DNA of 64,000 nt from an uncultured Acidobacteriaceae bacterium (GCA_963789425.1 CAWBKM010000006.1:178160-242159); one strand, 5' to 3'; shown: positions 22,563-34,388, counted from the first letter of the stretch. Notes: a model not told the origin generated them from the sequence alone. A program made the numbers and translations.

Positions 22563-25229
22563 CTATTTGAATCTGAAGTTCACTCCGAACAGCACACTTG
22601 CCCCAGCTCCTGGAATGAGATGGCTGGGGTGCGGCAAGTCAATGTAATACCGGTTAAGGATGTTGTTGAAGTTGGCCTGCAGCTCAAGATGCTCAGTCAG
22701 AGGCCGCTTGAGCATGGCGCTGAACATCCAATAGCCCGGCACCTGCCTCATGGCCGTTGAAAGCACCGGGTAGCATACGGTGGCTGTTACGCCGCAAGGC
22801 GCGGAGCCCACGGCGAAGGTCTGCGCGGGACCAAAGCTGGTGGGTACATAGGGAACCGTAGAGCTGGCAGTTCGGCTGCCAACATAGTTCCCGCCCAGGC
22901 CGCCATTCAGCCGCAGCGGAAGGCGATGCGTGATGAATAGATTGAAAGTCTGGCGGGGGACGTTCGCGAGCGTGTAGCCCACGACGGTTGGGAAGAACTG
23001 CGAGTAAAGAACGCTGCTATCGAGATACGCGTAACCCAGAACAAGGTCCATGCCTTGAGGCATCCGGCCGACCATGCTGAACTGCACGCCTTGCACAAGC
23101 TGATTGCCGGCCGCAACGATTTCATTGGAGTTTGTAGGGCTCGTCTCGTGCGCGTTGTCTTTTTCCGTGCGGAACCAGGCGCCCTCGGTCAGCAACCGTT
23201 CATTCAGAAAGCTCCACTTGGCCCCGGCCTCATAGGATTTGTTCTCTTCCGGGGCAACGTTTCCGTTCACCAGGCCGACGCTGAGACTGAGCGATTCGGC
23301 ATCGGGATCCCAGCTGGTTCCGTAATCGAAGTACACGCTGCCTCGCGTTGACGGCTTGAAAACGAGTGCTGCGCGATAACTCGGCTGCTCATCGAGCCTG
23401 CTAAGTTGCGGGACCCCGGCAGTGATCGTACCGCCAGGCGGCGGAGTGGGCTGGTAGAGGCTATAGCCCGTATCGAAACGGTCCCAGCGAACGCCCCCGC
23501 TCAACTCAAAGAGACGGCCCAGCTTTGCGGTATCGATGAAGTAGAGGCCAACGCTCTTTGACTTGGTATGCACGATGGACGTGATGTAACCGGTTCCGGC
23601 GAAGGGCTGCGCCTCGTTGGGATCGAGGAGCGTGGTGTCTGGGACCGTGTTGACGCCGCCGATGGTGTAACTGTAGCGGGTGGGGTTTGAAATCTCCTGC
23701 CCGCCCTCGGCGCCTGCCACCAGATCGTGCCTGACTCCCACGGTGCTGAACCGCGCGGAAACCTCAGTCTGATCCCATAGGATGCCTTCAACACTTTTGG
23801 TCTGGATCTGATTGCGGTTGACCTGGGTGATATCGCTGGCCGGAGTTTCGGGCGTGTAGGGGCAGGTGAGGGTGGAGTTATAAGCCAGCGTGGGAAGGGA
23901 TGAGACGAAGCCACCCACCGGCACACTGAGCGAGGCATTCGAACAGATCTGCGGCTCGGTAATCTGTGCCTGTCGAGGATAGTTTGCACCGCGCGCGATG
24001 GTATGGACATTGAAGCCGGGAGAAAAATCGTGCTCCACGCGCAGCGTCATGATGTCGTCGCTGGTTTTGAGGTAGTTCTCGTCGGGGAATCCAAAGTAGC
24101 TGCGCCGGTTGGCGGGCGCGGGCTTATTGAAGAGCCAGGGGACACCGTAGTCGGGCGTATCGTCTTCAGAGAGATGCTCATAGCTGAGCGTGGCGGTTGT
24201 TTTGGTATTCATCCCGATGGAGATGGAAGGCGCAATTCCAAAGCGGCGAATCTCGGCAGCGTCGCGTTCAGCAACACCGGCTTCCTCCGCCATCACGTTC
24301 GCGCGAAACGCTGTGCCGCCAAGATGATTCGAAAGAGGGCTGTTGATGTCGGCCGTAAGACGCCGCGTGAAATCGGTGCCAAACTGCGTTTGCACATTTT
24401 CGAATTTCTCGACTCCGGGAACCTTTGTTTCCTGGTTGACGACGCCGCCGGTCGATCCCCGGCCAAACTGGATGCCCGCCGGCCCTTCGAGCACGTCGAC
24501 CTGCTCGTAATCGAACGAGTCGCGATAGTAGCTGCCGAAATCGCGAATGCCGTCGAGGAAGATGTCATTGCGCGCGGTAAAGCCACGGATGGTGAGATTG
24601 TCTCCCTGTGCTCCCGCTTCACCCGCGGCGAGACTGATGCCAGGCACGTCGCGCAGAGCGTCGCGCAAGGTGGATAGTCCCTGATCCTGCATCACGTACT
24701 GAGGAACAACGCTGACGCTTTGCGGCGTTTCAATGAGCGGCTCGGTAAATTTGGCCAACGTGACCGAGTTGTCCGCCGAGGAGGTAACCGAGACTGTGTC
24801 GCTTGCGTGCATGCCCACAATCATGGTGGTTGCATCCTGCATGCTCGAGGTCAGGCCGGTTCCATCAAGGATGAGACGCAGAGCTTCGTCCTCGCGATAA
24901 AGGCCCACAACCCCGGGCGACCGGAATCCGGAAAGCGTCCCAGGAGGCAATGTGTCCTTAACCGACAGCCCTGTCGTCTTTTCGTATGCGGCGATCGCCT
25001 CGTCAAGCGGCCCCGCGGGAATGTTGAAGCGTTTAAGAGGAAGCGCGGCTGCTGGAGAGCCGGCTCCGATTGGATCTGGTTTCGCCTTAGCCGCAAGTGC
25101 GCATCGCGCTCCGCCCATGGTTGCGTACGCGGCCAGCGTGCCCATGGCGATCCATCCGCGCGTGTAACCGAGCCCGCGCGCGTGGCCTGGCTTTCTGGCT
25201 GATGCGTTCTTCTTCTTCTTCTGCTTCAT
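22563..25229 (-). CDS. TonB-dependent siderophore receptor (Fiu/PiuA-like) with N-terminal STN-like domain
   Basis: [15 protein letters not shown] start, plug [37 protein letters not shown]-terminal LFGVNFRF. Confidence 0.92.
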   Translation of the reverse strand: MKQKKKKNASARKPGHARGLGYTRGWIAMGTLAAYATMGGARCALAAKAKPDPIGAGSPAAALPLKRFNIPAGPLDEAIAAYEKTTGLSVKDTLPPGTLSGFRSPGVVGLYREDEALRLILDGTGLTSSMQDATTMIVGMHASDTVSVTSSADNSVTLAKFTEPLIETPQSVSVVPQYVMQDQGLSTLRDALRDVPGISLAAGEAGAQGDNLTIRGFTARNDIFLDGIRDFGSYYRDSFDYEQVDVLEGPAGIQFGRGSTGGVVNQETKVPGVEKFENVQTQFGTDFTRRLTADINSPLSNHLGGTAFRANVMAEEAGVAERDAAEIRRFGIAPSISIGMNTKTTATLSYEHLSEDDTPDYGVPWLFNKPAPANRRSYFGFPDENYLKTSDDIMTLRVEHDFSPGFNVHTIARGANYPRQAQITEPQICSNASLSVPVGGFVSSLPTLAYNSTLTCPYTPETPASDITQVNRNQIQTKSVEGILWDQTEVSARFSTVGVRHDLVAGAEGGQEISNPTRYSYTIGGVNTVPDTTLLDPNEAQPFAGTGYITSIVHTKSKSVGLYFIDTAKLGRLFELSGGVRWDRFDTGYSLYQPTPPPGGTITAGVPQLSRLDEQPSYRAALVFKPSTRGSVYFDYGTSWDPDAESLSLSVGLVNGNVAPEENKSYEAGAKWSFLNERLLTEGAWFRTEKDNAHETSPTNSNEIVAAGNQLVQGVQFSMVGRMPQGMDLVLGYAYLDSSVLYSQFFPTVVGYTLANVPRQTFNLFITHRLPLRLNGGLGGNYVGSRTASSTVPYVPTSFGPAQTFAVGSAPCGVTATVCYPVLSTAMRQVPGYWMFSAMLKRPLTEHLELQANFNNILNRYYIDLPHPSHLIPGAGASVLFGVNFRFK

Positions 25230-25381
25230 GAACTTCCTTGAAGGAGCATCCCGTCAGGCAATACCACAGTGCAGCCGGTTGCAAATCCGAACATTCTCCG
25301 CGCGCCAATGGAACAGCGCGAGGAATCTGCGCGGTGGATAGAGCTTGCTTTGTGATTTTGGAATGAAACAGAGGGCTTTAC

Positions 25382-25410
25382 TTGAGCCGGCCCCACGCCA
25401 ACCCTATAAT
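25382..25410 (+). promoter_or_regulatory. Near-consensus sigma70 promoter
   Basis: TTGAGC-17-TATAAT. Confidence 0.7.
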
Positions 25411-25416
25411 GCAGTC

Positions 25417-25497
25417 AGCCTGCGGCCTTATCGGTTGCAGCTCCCAGGGTCTTTGCGGTCTCCGCCAAGAGACAATCCGCGGGACCCTGGTTCCTCT
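25417..25497 (+). ncRNA. Candidate structured small RNA or 5' leader (two hairpins), family unassigned
   Basis: CTGCGGCC-TTATC-GGTTGCAG, then CCAGGGTC...GACCCTGG enclosing GCGG/CCGC and GTCTC-CGCCAA-GAGAC; starts about 7 nt after TATAAT. Confidence 0.45.
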
Positions 25498-25724
25498 AAT
25501 CCTCATTCACCAATCGCAAAACTATGAGCGGTTGGGCTCTTCAAACTATATACGACAATTTTGGTCGGATATCAACCAGCGCAGACTAAAATGTGGGATT
25601 ATCGGCGTCCGGGAAGTGGAAATGTGGGGTTTGAGCGGCTCATAAACCCTGTCTCAACAGCTGGCTGGACTATTTTCGGCACTGGTTTGGCGGCCGCCGC
25701 GAAATCTGTCAAGATAGGACTGAT

Positions 25725-26921
25725 ATGACCGTTACATCTCCTGCAAAGATATTTGCCGACCGCATAGGCCGAATCGAGGTTTCCGCGACAATGGCCGTGG
25801 CCGCCGAAGCGGCTAAACTGCGCGCACAGGGCGCAAACCTGGTCGATTTTGGGGCCGGTGAGCCGCATTTCGCCACGCCGCGCCACATTAAGGACGCCGC
25901 GATTGCCGCGATTGAGGCCAATTTCACGCGGTACACCGTGGTGCCCGGGATTCCCGACGTGCGCAAGGCGATTGTCGAGCGGCACGCGTGCGACTTTGGT
26001 TCGGACTATTCGATCGACGAGGCCGTGTTTACCGCCGGCGGCAAGCTGGCGCTGTTTAACACCATCCAGGTGCTTATCGACCACGGCGACGAAGTGATTT
26101 TGCCGGTTCCGTATTGGGTGAGCTTCAAGGACATCATCCAGTACGCGGGCGGAAAAGTGGTGTACCTCGAAACCAGCGAGGCGGAAAGTTTCCGCATCAC
26201 GGCCGACGCGATTGAGCGGGCGATTACGCCGCGAACCAAGGCAATCATTCTCAACTCGCCTTCGAATCCGGCGGGTTCGGTGGTCTCGGCGGCGGATCTG
26301 GAGAGGATCGTCCACCTGGCGCACGATCGCGGCATTTTCTTGCTTTTGGATGAATGTTACGTCTACCTCAACTACACCGGCAAACCCGTTTCGGGCGGCT
26401 CGTTCACCTGGGCTAAGGACCATCTGGTGATTCTTGGCTCGTTGTCGAAGACCTATTCGATGACCGGCTGGCGAGCGGGATTTGCGCTGGCCGAAAAGAA
26501 ACTAGCCGCCAACCTGAGCAAGCTGCAATCGCAATCGACGTCCAACGCGACCAGCTTCGTGCAGAAGGCGGCGATTGCGGCGCTAACCGGCTCGCAGGAG
26601 TGCGTGGCGGAGTTCCGCGCCGAGTTCATCGGGTTGCGGGATTATATGCTCGCTGCGCTCGCCAAAATTCCGGGCGTCACCTGCACCAAGCCAGAGGGCG
26701 CGTTCTACGTGTACCCGAATATCGGGGCGTACCTGGGCAAAGGCGGCATCCGCACGGCAACGGAGCTTGCAACGCGCATGCTTCACGAAGCGCATGTGGT
26801 GACCGTGCCCGGCGAGGCCTTCGGGACCGGCGAGCACATCCGCATCTCCTATCCAGTGACCCGGGAGAACATCGACGAAGGCACGCGACGGATGGGCGAA
26901 TTCCTGACGGGTTTACGCTGA
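25725..26921 (+). CDS. PLP-dependent aminotransferase class I/II (aspartate aminotransferase-like)
   Basis: GAGEPHF, NSPSNPAG, LDECY, SLSKTYSMTGWRAG, PEGAFY, HIRISY. Confidence 0.93.
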   Translation: MTVTSPAKIFADRIGRIEVSATMAVAAEAAKLRAQGANLVDFGAGEPHFATPRHIKDAAIAAIEANFTRYTVVPGIPDVRKAIVERHACDFGSDYSIDEAVFTAGGKLALFNTIQVLIDHGDEVILPVPYWVSFKDIIQYAGGKVVYLETSEAESFRITADAIERAITPRTKAIILNSPSNPAGSVVSAADLERIVHLAHDRGIFLLLDECYVYLNYTGKPVSGGSFTWAKDHLVILGSLSKTYSMTGWRAGFALAEKKLAANLSKLQSQSTSNATSFVQKAAIAALTGSQECVAEFRAEFIGLRDYMLAALAKIPGVTCTKPEGAFYVYPNIGAYLGKGGIRTATELATRMLHEAHVVTVPGEAFGTGEHIRISYPVTRENIDEGTRRMGEFLTGLR

Positions 26922-27854
26922 GCGACCACCGGCGGCCACGCCGGCTCGCACATTCGCGGCCTCGGCCCACTCGCCGATGCGACTCATCTTCTGGCATTCG
27001 CCGCACATGGTGTTCGGAAACTGAGCTCCACAATGCGGGCAGATGGCCATGGATTGAAATGTGTCAAACGTCTGCTGGCATTGAGCGCATTTCCAGAGAG
27101 GGCCAATCGGAGGGTGGGCTCCGCAACTGGGACACGTAAAGCCCTCGCGGCGCGGCAGTTTCTCCAGCAGGACCATGGCCCGCGCACTCTTGAATCCACC
27201 CCAGCAGCTGAGCAAGATGTAGGCGGCAATGAGCAAGGACCACGTGGAGTGCATCCACAGAGCCAGACCGACCAATCCGGCCGCGCCCAGAAATCCAACA
27301 ATAGTGGCCACGTAAAGGCTGCGCGCCCGCCCCATGAAGAACCAAAGCAGGCAGCGAAGGATCTGGCCGCCATCGAGCGGGTAGACAGGCAGAATGTTGA
27401 AGACGAACAGGATGATGTTGATCCAGAGGATCCAGCGGAGCAAGGTGTAAGCATCGGGAAAGGAATCCGCCCATCCCAGCGCGCCGGCCGCAAGATAGGC
27501 GCCACCGAAAACGGGCAAGAGAGCCACATTGACCAGCGGGCCTGCGGCAAGGCTCCACAGTGTGGCGCCGGGCCGCTGCGGCGGATTGACGAATGCGACC
27601 CCGCCCAGCGGCCAGAGCATAATGCGATGGACCGTTCCACCGACCTGGCGGCAAGCCAGGGCGTGGCCGAACTCGTGCAGCAGCACGATGGCGAAAAGCG
27701 CCAGGTACTCGAATGCGCTCCAAATGAGAGAACTGTACCGGCCTTCCCGGATGCCGATCTCGATGACTGCCACAACAAACCAGGACCAGTGCAGGTAAAG
27801 ATCGATACCCGCAACGCGGCCGAGATGGATGGAACCCTGACGCAGGAAGGGCAT
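26913..27854 (-). CDS. Site-2 protease (M50) with C-terminal zinc-ribbon domain
   Basis: HEFGH, AGPLVN, NILPVYPLDGG, multiple TM segments; C-terminal CPSC, CAQC, CPHC, CGEC. Confidence 0.9.
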   Translation of the reverse strand: MPFLRQGSIHLGRVAGIDLYLHWSWFVVAVIEIGIREGRYSSLIWSAFEYLALFAIVLLHEFGHALACRQVGGTVHRIMLWPLGGVAFVNPPQRPGATLWSLAAGPLVNVALLPVFGGAYLAAGALGWADSFPDAYTLLRWILWINIILFVFNILPVYPLDGGQILRCLLWFFMGRARSLYVATIVGFLGAAGLVGLALWMHSTWSLLIAAYILLSCWGGFKSARAMVLLEKLPRREGFTCPSCGAHPPIGPLWKCAQCQQTFDTFQSMAICPHCGAQFPNTMCGECQKMSRIGEWAEAANVRAGVAAGGRSA

Positions 27855-28081
27855 TCCAGATAGATTACGCCAGTTGCGCGATCAACGGCTGCGGGCGGAT
27901 GCTTTGCATGCAAGCGGCCCTTCCGGTCGAGCGAAAGCCCCGAAAAAAGGCGGGATGGACCGCGCCAGCCAAGCGTTTCCCTTAATCTGGCAAGCGTGCC
28001 GCACGCGAAACCCGCAGACGGGAAATTTATTCGTTCCTCCCTGTGCAAACGTTGTCCCTGTCGAGTACGATGGTTGTTCGA

Positions 28082-29200
28082 ATGATTGACCAAATCGATT
28101 TTCGACCCGTGATTCTGGCCGGGGGCAGCGGTACGCGGTTCTGGCCGCGCTCAAGGCGCGCTCATGCCAAGCAGGTTCTGGCCCTGGACGGGGAGCGCTC
28201 CATGATCCAGCAGACTGTGGAGAGGCTGAAGCCGCTCGCCGGCCTGGACAAAACCTGGATCATTACCAACGAGTATCTGTCCCACGAGATTGCCGACCAG
28301 TTGCCCGGCCTGCCCGCGGCGCAGATTGTGCAGGAACCCGTGGCGCGCAATACGGCGCCTGCATGCGGCCTGGCCGCTTTTCTGATCGAGCGCGAAAATC
28401 CCGATGCGGTGCTTGGAGTGTTTCCGTCGGACCACGTCATTGCCGACGAGCCGCGCTTTTTAAAGGCGCTGCAAAAGGGGATTGCCGTGGCCGCCGCGGG
28501 CGAAAACATCGTGGTGCTGGGCATCGAGCCGTTCCGCGCCGAAACCGGCTATGGCTACATTGAAACCGGCGACCTGACCAGGGACGACCAGGCGCTGCAT
28601 GTTCGGCGCTTCATCGAAAAGCCGAACCAGAATCGCGCGGAAGAGTTTGTGGCTGCTGGAAATTACTACTGGAATTCGGGAATGTTTTTGTGGTCGGCGC
28701 GGACACTGGCGAACGCCGTGCGCGAGCATGTGCCGGAAACGGCTCCGCTGCTCGAGGCCATTGCCGCAGCGTGGGGCACGCCACAATTCGATGAGGTCTT
28801 TCGCACCGCGTATCCCAAGTGCGAAAACATTTCAGTTGACTATGCCGTGTTGGAGCCGCGATCGGCGAAGGGAGAGCATCTCTCCCATTTGTATTGCATT
28901 CCCGCAGAGTTTAACTGGAACGACCTCGGTTCGTGGGCTTCGCTCTACGAGTATCAAGTGGAGACGCGGCTGCGCGGTGACGCCGAAGGCAACGTGGCAG
29001 ACACCACCGGGCACATCTCCATCGAGGCCAGCGACAACTACATCTTCAGCCCGAAGAAATTTGTCGCGCTGGTCGGCGTAGAGAACCTGGTGATTGTAGA
29101 TACTGAAGATGCGCTGCTGATCGCGCACCGCGATCACTCGCAGGATGTCGGCAAGATTGTGAAAGAGTTGAGCATCACCGGACGCGATGAGTTGATTTAG
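28082..29200 (+). CDS. manC: Mannose-1-phosphate guanylyltransferase
   Basis: VILAGGSGTRFWPRSR, EPVARNTAPA, PSDH, TGYGYI, FIEKP, WNSGMF, WNDLGSW. Confidence 0.93.
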   Translation: MIDQIDFRPVILAGGSGTRFWPRSRRAHAKQVLALDGERSMIQQTVERLKPLAGLDKTWIITNEYLSHEIADQLPGLPAAQIVQEPVARNTAPACGLAAFLIERENPDAVLGVFPSDHVIADEPRFLKALQKGIAVAAAGENIVVLGIEPFRAETGYGYIETGDLTRDDQALHVRRFIEKPNQNRAEEFVAAGNYYWNSGMFLWSARTLANAVREHVPETAPLLEAIAAAWGTPQFDEVFRTAYPKCENISVDYAVLEPRSAKGEHLSHLYCIPAEFNWNDLGSWASLYEYQVETRLRGDAEGNVADTTGHISIEASDNYIFSPKKFVALVGVENLVIVDTEDALLIAHRDHSQDVGKIVKELSITGRDELI

Positions 29201-29300
29201 TTTCGATATGCGTGCCGCGGCTTTCCGCGGCCACCCTACCAGACCGCTGTACAATTCTTGGGTAACTCAGCGCGTACAAATCGCCTGAGTGGGGTGAAAA

Positions 29301-32123
29301 ATGCCCGAAACGATTGATTGGCCGATGCGCGGAAAACGGCAGAGCCCGCGCCTGGTGGTCTATCTCCTCCTCGCCATCGTCATCCTGATCTTCGTCGGCA
29401 GCCGAACCGCCGTCTCCTACTGGGTTGACTTGCTCTGGTTCGGCTCGCTTGGCTATGCCAGCGTCTTCTGGAAGAGCTTCGGCCTCGAATGGGGAACCTT
29501 CGCGGTATTCGCCGCGCTGACCTTCGCGATTTTGTTGGCCGCGTTCCTCGCGCTGCGCCACAGCCACGCGGCCGACTTGCCCGATACGCATACCATTTTT
29601 TTCGGCGGCCGGCCGATCGAGTTGCCGATCAAGAAGTTTCTGCGGACCATCGCCGTCGTTGGCGCGCTCGTAATATCGCTCGTGACCGGTTTCGCTATGG
29701 AGGCGCAGTGGCCAACGCTGGCGCTTTACTGGTACGCGCCACGCGCCGCTTCCGTCACCGATCCCATCTTTGGCCGGTCGCTCGGCTTTTATCTCTTCAC
29801 GCTGCCGGCATGGGAGATGATCGCGGGATGGCTGCTGACCCTCGCGGTAATTGTGTGCGTTCTTGCCGTGCTCTTCCTCATCGCCGCTGGCGGAGGACGC
29901 GCACTCGGTGGGCGCTTTGGCGGGGCTGCTTCCCTGCCCTGGCGCGGAGTCTCGATCGCCGCCGGGTTTCTGCTCTTTGCGCTGGCAATCCGCGAGTATG
30001 TTGGACGCTTCGATCTGCTCTTCGAAGAGCACACGATCTTCGACGGCGTGACTTACACAGATGCACACATCACACTCGTCGGAATGCTATTCATCAGCGT
30101 AGCGCTTGCGTTGGGCGCGGTGATTGCGATTGCCGGGGGAGTCATTCAGCCACGGGCACGCTGGCTCCTCGCGGGGATCGCTCCCTCGATCTTCTGTTAC
30201 ATCGTTGCCGGGCTCGCTGGGTGGTACGTCAGTACATTCATCGTGAAGCCCAATCAGCTCGACCGCGAGAAACCTTACATCGCCGACAACATCGCCATGA
30301 CTCGGCAGGCATACGGACTGGACACTTTTGCGCAGCGTGAGTTTCCCGCCGAAACCACGGTCGCCGCTGTCGACCCCGAGCACAATCAGGCCACGCTCGA
30401 CAACATCCGTCTATGGGATGTGAGTGCGCTGCAGGACACGCTTCGCCAGGTGCAGGAGATCCGCACCTACTACGATTTCCCCGACATCGATATTGACCGC
30501 TACGAGATCAACGGCTCGCAGCGCCAGGTGATGCTCGCGGTGCGCGAGCTGAACGTCGACAAGCTGCCCGAGAGCAGCCGCAACTGGATTAACGACAAGC
30601 TCATCTACACCCACGGCTATGGCATCACGATGAACCCGGTGAATGGCTTTTCGTCGGAGGGCCTGCCGGTTCTCTACCTGAGTAATATGCCGGTGCAAAG
30701 CACCGTGCCGGGCATCCAGGTGACACGTCCGGAGATCTATTTCGGCGAACTCACCGATACAGATGTTTACGTAAAGACGCATCAGCAGGAGTTCAACTAC
30801 CCGCAGGGCCAGAGCAACAATCTTTCCTCATACGAAGGCACAGGAGGCATCGAGATGGGCGGCTTCCTGCGCCGCGCGATGCTGGCTTTCGATCGGGGCG
30901 ACCTGACCAAGGTTCCATTCAGCGACGACATCACGGCCGACAGCCGCCTCCTGATGCGGCGCAACGTGCTGTTGCGCGTCTCAACTCTGGCGCCGTTCCT
31001 GACCTTCGATCACGATCCCTATATTGTGGTGGGCGCGGATGGTCGTCTTTCCTGGATCGTTGACGCGTTTACTTCTTCGGCGACCTATCCTTACTCCGCT
31101 CCGGTCAATCTGGAAAACCAACCCGTCAATTACATTCGCAACAGTGTGAAGGCTGTGGTGGATGCGTACGACGGCACAGTCACCTTCTACGTGTTCGACA
31201 ACGAAGATCCCATTCTGGCTGCGTGGCGAGGCATCTTTCCGGGATTGTTCAAGGATGCGTCCGCCATGCCCGCATGGCTGCGCGCCCACGTTCGCTATCC
31301 GGAAACGCTCCTGAGCAAACAAGCCGAGATGTATGGCCTTTATCACATGACCGATCCCGAAGTGTTCTATAACCGCGAAGACCAGTGGAGCGTGGCCACG
31401 CAGATCGGTTCGAGCCAGGGGGACCAATCCTCACAGGAGATGCAACCGAACTTTGTGCTGATGACCTTGCCAGGTGAAGCGGGCGGTCTCGAGTTCGTTG
31501 AAATTCTGCCATTCACTCCTATCAATCGCAACAATCTGATTGGCTGGATCGCCGGACGCAGCGACGGCGCCAATTATGGCAAAGGCGTGGTCTTCGATTT
31601 TCCCAAAACGCGACTTGTCGACGGACCGCAACAGATTGAGGCCCGCATCGATCAGAACGCGCAGCTCTCGGGCCAGCTCACGCTGTGGAATCAGCAGGGC
31701 TCGCATGTAATCCGCGGCAACTTGCTTGTCATTCCGTGCGGGCAAGCGCTGCTTTACGCTGAGCCCATCTATCTTCAAGCAGCGCAGAGCCCCATGCCGG
31801 AGCTGCGGCTGGTGGTGCTGGCGCTGCAGGATCGTCTGGCCTATGGCCCGACTTTTGAGGCAGCGCTTGGATCGCTCTTTGGTGCCGAAGCGCCGACGCT
31901 CTCGGGCGGCGAAACGCAACAGCCCGCTACAGGCAATGGGACTGGCGCAACGACGCCGGTCGCTGCGCCGCGTGGAACAAGCACGGACGCGCTCATTAGC
32001 CAGGCGAGCCAGGACTTCGCCGACTATCAGCGCCTGACCTCAGAGGGCAAGCTTGCTGAGGCCGGGCAGAAACTCGACGACCTGAAAAAAGTGCTGGATG
32101 AGTTAAGCGCGCACGGAAAATAG
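29301..32123 (+). CDS. UPF0182 family membrane protein
   Basis: 940 aa; WFGSLGY, DPIFG, EKPYI, NIRLWD, YYDFPDIDIDRY, LIYTHGYG, YIRNSVKAVVDAYDG, GNLLVIP, EPIYL. Confidence 0.92.
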   Translation: MPETIDWPMRGKRQSPRLVVYLLLAIVILIFVGSRTAVSYWVDLLWFGSLGYASVFWKSFGLEWGTFAVFAALTFAILLAAFLALRHSHAADLPDTHTIFFGGRPIELPIKKFLRTIAVVGALVISLVTGFAMEAQWPTLALYWYAPRAASVTDPIFGRSLGFYLFTLPAWEMIAGWLLTLAVIVCVLAVLFLIAAGGGRALGGRFGGAASLPWRGVSIAAGFLLFALAIREYVGRFDLLFEEHTIFDGVTYTDAHITLVGMLFISVALALGAVIAIAGGVIQPRARWLLAGIAPSIFCYIVAGLAGWYVSTFIVKPNQLDREKPYIADNIAMTRQAYGLDTFAQREFPAETTVAAVDPEHNQATLDNIRLWDVSALQDTLRQVQEIRTYYDFPDIDIDRYEINGSQRQVMLAVRELNVDKLPESSRNWINDKLIYTHGYGITMNPVNGFSSEGLPVLYLSNMPVQSTVPGIQVTRPEIYFGELTDTDVYVKTHQQEFNYPQGQSNNLSSYEGTGGIEMGGFLRRAMLAFDRGDLTKVPFSDDITADSRLLMRRNVLLRVSTLAPFLTFDHDPYIVVGADGRLSWIVDAFTSSATYPYSAPVNLENQPVNYIRNSVKAVVDAYDGTVTFYVFDNEDPILAAWRGIFPGLFKDASAMPAWLRAHVRYPETLLSKQAEMYGLYHMTDPEVFYNREDQWSVATQIGSSQGDQSSQEMQPNFVLMTLPGEAGGLEFVEILPFTPINRNNLIGWIAGRSDGANYGKGVVFDFPKTRLVDGPQQIEARIDQNAQLSGQLTLWNQQGSHVIRGNLLVIPCGQALLYAEPIYLQAAQSPMPELRLVVLALQDRLAYGPTFEAALGSLFGAEAPTLSGGETQQPATGNGTGATTPVAAPRGTSTDALISQASQDFADYQRLTSEGKLAEAGQKLDDLKKVLDELSAHGK

Positions 32124-32172
32124 CGCCTTTTCTTTCCAACGTCATTCACAGAAATCGAATGCAACGGAGGTC

Positions 32173-34371
32173 ATGGTCATCCCCATGTTCGGCATGGATC
32201 GGCGCAGATTCCTGAAAACCGCAGCAGCAACAGTGCCACTGGTTCGCGCGGGAGACTCTTTGGGCCTGCATCCATCTGTCGCTGCCGCAGGGGCGGGCTC
32301 GGCCGCGTCGCACCTAGCTGCTGCGGACGTGCCCTGGCAGAAGACTCTGCGACGCATCGGGCAGACCAACTTCACCGAGCATGATCCCGCGGTTCTCGAC
32401 GTGGAAGCGTGGGCCAATTATTGGGCCAGCGCCAAGGCCGGCGCGGTGTTCATCAGTATCACCGGCATCCTTGCGTTTTACCCGAGCAAAGTTCCTTTCC
32501 ATCGCCACGGGAAATATCTGAATGGCCGCGATTTTACCGGTGAGCTGCATGATGCAGCGAAGAAGCGCGGACTGCGCACCGTCGCCCGCTATAGCCCCGA
32601 CCTGAATTGGGGCGATGCGCTGGCCGCGCACCCCGAATGGTTTATGCGCGACGAGAAGGGCCAGCCGCTCGCTTCAGCCGAAGCGCCCGAGCTTTTCCAG
32701 ACCTGCATGTTCTCGACATACATGACCGACTATTTTCCCGCCGTCATGCGTGAGGTTAACTCGCGCTACGACATGGACGCGCACTACACGAATGGGTGGC
32801 CATCGTTTACGTTGCCGATCTGTTATTGCGATCAGTGCCGTCAGTTGCCGCCACCAAAGACTCCAGCCTATTGGGACAAGTTCAACGTGCGTTTCACATA
32901 TCTGTGGAATCTCTGCGATTCGATCGCCAAGGAAAAGAAAGCGTCGAGCTTTTACATCAACAATATGGGCGGCGGCGTGCATTCGACTCCAAACCTCGCG
33001 CACTTCGGCGAGTTTTGCCAGTGGTTCCAGGGCGACAACCAGGGCCGCAACCGGGGGGATGCGCCGGTCTGGGGCGCCGCGCAGCAGGGGCGCGTGTGCA
33101 ACGCGGTGCTCGACGGCAAGATGGCCACGAACCTGACGGGTGCATACACGACAGGGCCGATTCGCTGGCGCGAAGTGACCAAGTCCGCTGCCGAAGCCAT
33201 CATCTGGACCAGCCAAACGCTGGCGAGCGGTCTGGTTCCCTACTATCACGTCGTCGGCGGAGAAGGCGGCCTTGGCGAAGATCTGCGTTGGGAGAAGATC
33301 GGCCGCGACTATTTCCTGTGGACGGCGCGGCATGACGCACATTGGGTGAACAAGAAAACCATCGCCAACATCGGCGTGGTGATGGGGCAGCGCACGCAGT
33401 TGTTCTACGAGCCGCAACACGATTTCTCGATGCAGCAGTATATGGATGCGATTTATTCCGCGCTGCTCGAAGGTAGATTCCTGTTCGATTTCGTTCACGA
33501 GGATCGTCTGCAACTGGATCGGATCAAGAAATATGCGGCGATCGTTCTTCCCAACATCGCGCTACTCAGCGACGAACAGTGCCAGCAGTTGCGCGACTAT
33601 GTAAATCAAGGCGGCTCGCTCCTCGCCACCTTCGAGACGAGCATGTACTCCGAGCGCAACGTGCGTCGCTCGGATTTCGGATTGGCCGATGTCTTCGGCA
33701 TCCACGCAGCGGGCGCCGTGATCGGCCGGCTGGGAAATGCAAATCCCTACATGGCGAGGATCGAGCGGCCACACCCGATTCTCGAAGGATTCACTGATAC
33801 GCACTGGATTGCCGGCGCGGAGTTTCGTTTGCCGCTCAAGCCGGTGGATGATCCTGTACTCACAGTCGTTCCCGGTTACACGGCCTATCCGCCGGAGCTT
33901 TCCTATCCGCCCATTTCGCATACCAATGAACCCGCTGTCGTGCTATGTGAGCGCGGCGCGAGCCGCCTGGCCTATTTCCCCGGCGACATTGAGCCGACAA
34001 TGTGGCTATCGGGTCAGACCGATTTGAGCCGTCTGCTTGTGAACTTAATTCGCTGGGTCGCGGGCGACTCAGCTCCAGTCAGCGTCGAGGGCAAGGGGCT
34101 GGTGGAGATTTTTGCATGGGAGACGGAGCCGGGCTTCGCCGTTCACGTTTTGAATTACACCAATCCCAACGCGCATCACGGATGGTTCAGCGAGTTTTAT
34201 TCGATTGGAGCACAGAAGGTTCGCTTCAAGCTTCCAGCGGGTCGCCGCGTCACGCGCGTCGAATTGCTCCGCGCCGAGCGCGACATTCCATTCCACGTGG
34301 AGGGAGACTCCATCGAGTTCACGATTCCTTCGGTGACGGACTATGAAGTTGCGGCGCTCTACAGCGCCTGA
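32173..34371 (+). CDS. Tat-exported putative glycoside hydrolase (GHL6-like catalytic domain plus beta-galactosidase trimerisation-like domain)
   Basis: DRRRFLK Tat motif; [27 protein letters not shown]; C-terminal LPNIALLSD...[11 protein letters not shown]. Confidence 0.7.
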   Translation: MVIPMFGMDRRRFLKTAAATVPLVRAGDSLGLHPSVAAAGAGSAASHLAAADVPWQKTLRRIGQTNFTEHDPAVLDVEAWANYWASAKAGAVFISITGILAFYPSKVPFHRHGKYLNGRDFTGELHDAAKKRGLRTVARYSPDLNWGDALAAHPEWFMRDEKGQPLASAEAPELFQTCMFSTYMTDYFPAVMREVNSRYDMDAHYTNGWPSFTLPICYCDQCRQLPPPKTPAYWDKFNVRFTYLWNLCDSIAKEKKASSFYINNMGGGVHSTPNLAHFGEFCQWFQGDNQGRNRGDAPVWGAAQQGRVCNAVLDGKMATNLTGAYTTGPIRWREVTKSAAEAIIWTSQTLASGLVPYYHVVGGEGGLGEDLRWEKIGRDYFLWTARHDAHWVNKKTIANIGVVMGQRTQLFYEPQHDFSMQQYMDAIYSALLEGRFLFDFVHEDRLQLDRIKKYAAIVLPNIALLSDEQCQQLRDYVNQGGSLLATFETSMYSERNVRRSDFGLADVFGIHAAGAVIGRLGNANPYMARIERPHPILEGFTDTHWIAGAEFRLPLKPVDDPVLTVVPGYTAYPPELSYPPISHTNEPAVVLCERGASRLAYFPGDIEPTMWLSGQTDLSRLLVNLIRWVAGDSAPVSVEGKGLVEIFAWETEPGFAVHVLNYTNPNAHHGWFSEFYSIGAQKVRFKLPAGRRVTRVELLRAERDIPFHVEGDSIEFTIPSVTDYEVAALYSA

Positions 34372-34388
34372 AGTACGGAGAGATTGCC

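Noticed and set aside
25230-25380. Cobalamin riboswitch or Fur box upstream of the TonB receptor
   Set aside because: No B12-box or other cobalamin core on the minus strand; the best Fur-like stretch (25280-25298) matches only 9 of 19 consensus positions.
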